Origin: a virus
Lineage: Duplodnaviria; Heunggongvirae; Uroviricota; Caudoviricetes
Length of the DNA stretch: 25,224 nucleotides
Strand: one strand, 5' to 3'
Virus record (IMG/VR): IMGVR_UViG_3300002835_005179
Coordinates: 64,001-89,224 of that record
A program made the position numbers and the translations under genes. Position 1 is the stretch's first letter. Each line of letters opens with the position of its first letter. The notes beneath the pieces were generated by a model. The model did not search any database and was not told where the DNA came from. It worked only from the letters and a program-made list of their open reading frames with translations. Positions 22,976 to 25,224 of the stretch are shown one piece after another.

Positions 22976-23665
22976 ATGAATACAAAAACAAAAACACAAT
23001 TGACTCTTGATCCATTTACAGTCAAAGTCCTTACTAATTTTGCCAGCATCAATAATGGACTTGTAGTGAAGTCTGGTAACGAGATTCGAACTATGACAGA
23101 AGGAAAGACTGTCTTGGCAGAAGCAACTCTTCCGGATACATTTCCTGTAGATTTTGCGATCTACGATCTTCGACAAATGTTGAATTTCGTTTCAACTCTG
23201 TTCGATAAACCAACAATGGAATTCACTGGTGTCTCTGTAGAGATCACTAATGATAATGATAAGACTAAGATTTTCTATTGTAATCCAGATCTGATCTCAT
23301 CACCATCAAAGCGTATCACTATGCCATCTGAAGATATTACACTTCAGATGTCAGAAGAAACTCTCAAGAAGATCACCAAGTCTGCATCGATTCTAGGTGT
23401 CGATGATCTTAAGATTTCCTCTGTAGATGATATGATCGAACTTGAAGTTCTTGATAAGACGAATTCTTCTACAAATACCTGGTCTACAAAAACTTCAGGA
23501 ATCAATAATTCTGAGTTTACTGTTTATTTGAAAATTTCTAATTTGAAGTTACTTGAAGGTGATTATCAAATTACAATTTCTAATAAGGGAATTACTCGAT
23601 TCAAGCATATGAATAATGATGTTCGTTATTACATTGCAGCAGAAGCTGATTCAAAGTTCAACTAA
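22976..23665 (+). CDS. 45: Sliding clamp gp45
   Basis: VLTNFASINNGLV, FAIYDLRQML and 45-44-62-regA synteny. Confidence 0.93.
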   Translation: MNTKTKTQLTLDPFTVKVLTNFASINNGLVVKSGNEIRTMTEGKTVLAEATLPDTFPVDFAIYDLRQMLNFVSTLFDKPTMEFTGVSVEITNDNDKTKIFYCNPDLISSPSKRITMPSEDITLQMSEETLKKITKSASILGVDDLKISSVDDMIELEVLDKTNSSTNTWSTKTSGINNSEFTVYLKISNLKLLEGDYQITISNKGITRFKHMNNDVRYYIAAEADSKFN

Positions 23666-23732
23666 ACATTTACTTTCTTGAGTTTGCGGCGGTATAATAA
23701 AATATACCGTCATTCATTTTTATGAGGATTAT

Positions 23733-24677
23733 ATGATTGAAAATACACTATGGGTAGAACGCTACAGACCACAGGTAATCGATGATTGTGTTCTTACAGA
23801 AGATATTAAGAATTCATTCAAGAACTTTGTTAAGAATAAAGATATCCCCAACATGCTTCTTACTGGTAAACCTGGTATGGGGAAGACAACTATTGCTAAG
23901 GCAGCTTGTAATGAACTTGATTGTGATATCATGGTTATTAATGCATCTGCAGACGGAAACATAGATACACTAAGGAATAAGATTCAAGTCTTCGCTTCTG
24001 CGATTTCTCTTTCTGGTGGCCAGAAGATTGTTATTCTAGATGAAGCCGATTATATGTCGTCCGCAGTTCAGCCTGCACTGAGAAACTTCATGGAAGAGTT
24101 CTCTAAGAACTGTCGATTTATTCTTACTTGTAATTATAAGAAGAAGATTATTGAACCACTTATCTCAAGATTGACTGTTTTTGAATTCACTATTCCATCT
24201 TCTCAAAAATCTAAATTAGCAGCTCAAATGATGAAGAGAATTCAAGGTATTCTTGAAACTGAATCTGTTGAATTCGATAAGAAAGTTCTGGCTGAAATTA
24301 TCATGAAGTTCTTTCCAGATTTCAGAAAAACAATCTCTGAGATCCAACGATATGTTATTGCAAATGGAAAGATTGATGTTGGCGCTCTTTCATCTATTCA
24401 AGATGTTTCAATTCGTGATCTAGTCAATTCACTTCGTATGAAAGATTTTACTGGTATGAGGAAGTGGGTTAATGAGAATCTAGATTCTGAACCTAATGTG
24501 ATTGTTCGGTTGGTCTTTGATAATCTTGAAGCTTATCTTGAGCCGTCATCAATTCCTACAGCTATTGTAATTCTTGCAGATTACTCTTATAAGTCTGCGT
24601 TCGTTGCCGATCAAGAAATTAACCTTACTGCGATGTTCATTAATATTATGTCAGAATGTTTATTCAAGAAGGTATAA
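23733..24677 (+). CDS. 44: Clamp loader ATPase gp44
   Basis: LWVERYRP, GKPGMGKTT, ILDEAD and SRL. Confidence 0.96.
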   Translation: MIENTLWVERYRPQVIDDCVLTEDIKNSFKNFVKNKDIPNMLLTGKPGMGKTTIAKAACNELDCDIMVINASADGNIDTLRNKIQVFASAISLSGGQKIVILDEADYMSSAVQPALRNFMEEFSKNCRFILTCNYKKKIIEPLISRLTVFEFTIPSSQKSKLAAQMMKRIQGILETESVEFDKKVLAEIIMKFFPDFRKTISEIQRYVIANGKIDVGALSSIQDVSIRDLVNSLRMKDFTGMRKWVNENLDSEPNVIVRLVFDNLEAYLEPSSIPTAIVILADYSYKSAFVADQEINLTAMFINIMSECLFKKV

Positions 24678-24678
24678 G

Positions 24679-25092
24679 ATGCCAAAGCTTGGTGATATTC
24701 TTAATTCTATTAATGTAACAAAAGATACAGATCTTCTTGATGAATACAATAAAACTGATTATGTTCCATTTCTGATTAATAGAGGAATGTCTTTCTATCC
24801 AGAAACCATTCTTCATGCAAACTTTCTTAATTCTAATTCACACTTAGACCGAATTCTACAATATAAATACTTTCTGTATAGCGTCAAAAAGAAGAAGAGA
24901 TTTTCTAAGTGGTTAAGTAATTCAAAACCACCAGAAAATATTCAGATTATATCTAAGTTTTATGGTATTTCTATAAACAAATCTAAAGAGATTGCTGATA
25001 TGATTACTTCTGAAGATCTAGACAATATGAAAAAATATTTAGATACTGGTGGTACAAAGAGATCATCAAGAAAAGGCGAAAGTGATGAATGA
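24679..25092 (+). CDS. 62: Clamp loader subunit gp62 (ATG 24679)
   Basis: YVPFLINRGMS, QYKYFLYSVKKKKRFSKW and YYG-like FYG motif; synteny. Confidence 0.9.
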   Translation: MPKLGDILNSINVTKDTDLLDEYNKTDYVPFLINRGMSFYPETILHANFLNSNSHLDRILQYKYFLYSVKKKKRFSKWLSNSKPPENIQIISKFYGISINKSKEIADMITSEDLDNMKKYLDTGGTKRSSRKGESDE

Positions 25093-25224
25093 CAGAAACA
25101 ATAATTGGGTTGAGACGTTTATAGAAGTTGAATTAGATAATCAAGAAGCATTTCTTCTTTGTAAAGAAACACTAACAAGAGTAGGTATCTCTTCGAATAA
25201 AGATAAGAAACTATATCAATCTTG
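25085..25224 (+). CDS. regA: Translational repressor RegA (5' part, truncated by window end)
   Basis: FIEVELDNQEAFLLCKETLTRVGISSNKDKKLYQS matches RegA ETLTRxG...LYQSC. Confidence 0.93.
   Translation, partial: MNDRNNNWVETFIEVELDNQEAFLLCKETLTRVGISSNKDKKLYQS

Overview
A 25 kb fragment of an AT-rich T4-like myovirus genome, resembling the marine/environmental cyano-/pelagiphage-type branch. The left half (minus strand) holds the replication/recombination genes gp32, gp59, gp33, uvsW, uvsY, a PD-(D/E)XK exonuclease, phoH and cobS. These are interleaved with late-promoter genes whose N-termini resemble T4 capsid-targeting leaders. The strand switches at a divergent cobS / peptidase-vWA pair. The right half (plus strand) is an early accessory island with repeated promoter cassettes, seven tRNAs and a probable structured ncRNA, followed by rnh, gp45, gp44, gp62 and the start of regA. 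The most notable signals are: (1) an 8/4-cloverleaf tRNA-Ser(AGA), together with Thr(AGT) and Ile(TAT) anticodons that are rare in bacteria; (2) a set of putative virion-packaged enzymes (cysteine-hydrolase-like, ART-like, GNAT) sharing a leader, one flanked by a 20-bp direct repeat and one broken at an A8 run; (3) a ~190-nt structured RNA directly after the 8/4 tRNA; (4) duplicated hairpin/promoter modules. All protein family calls come from motif recognition by eye; no database searches were run.
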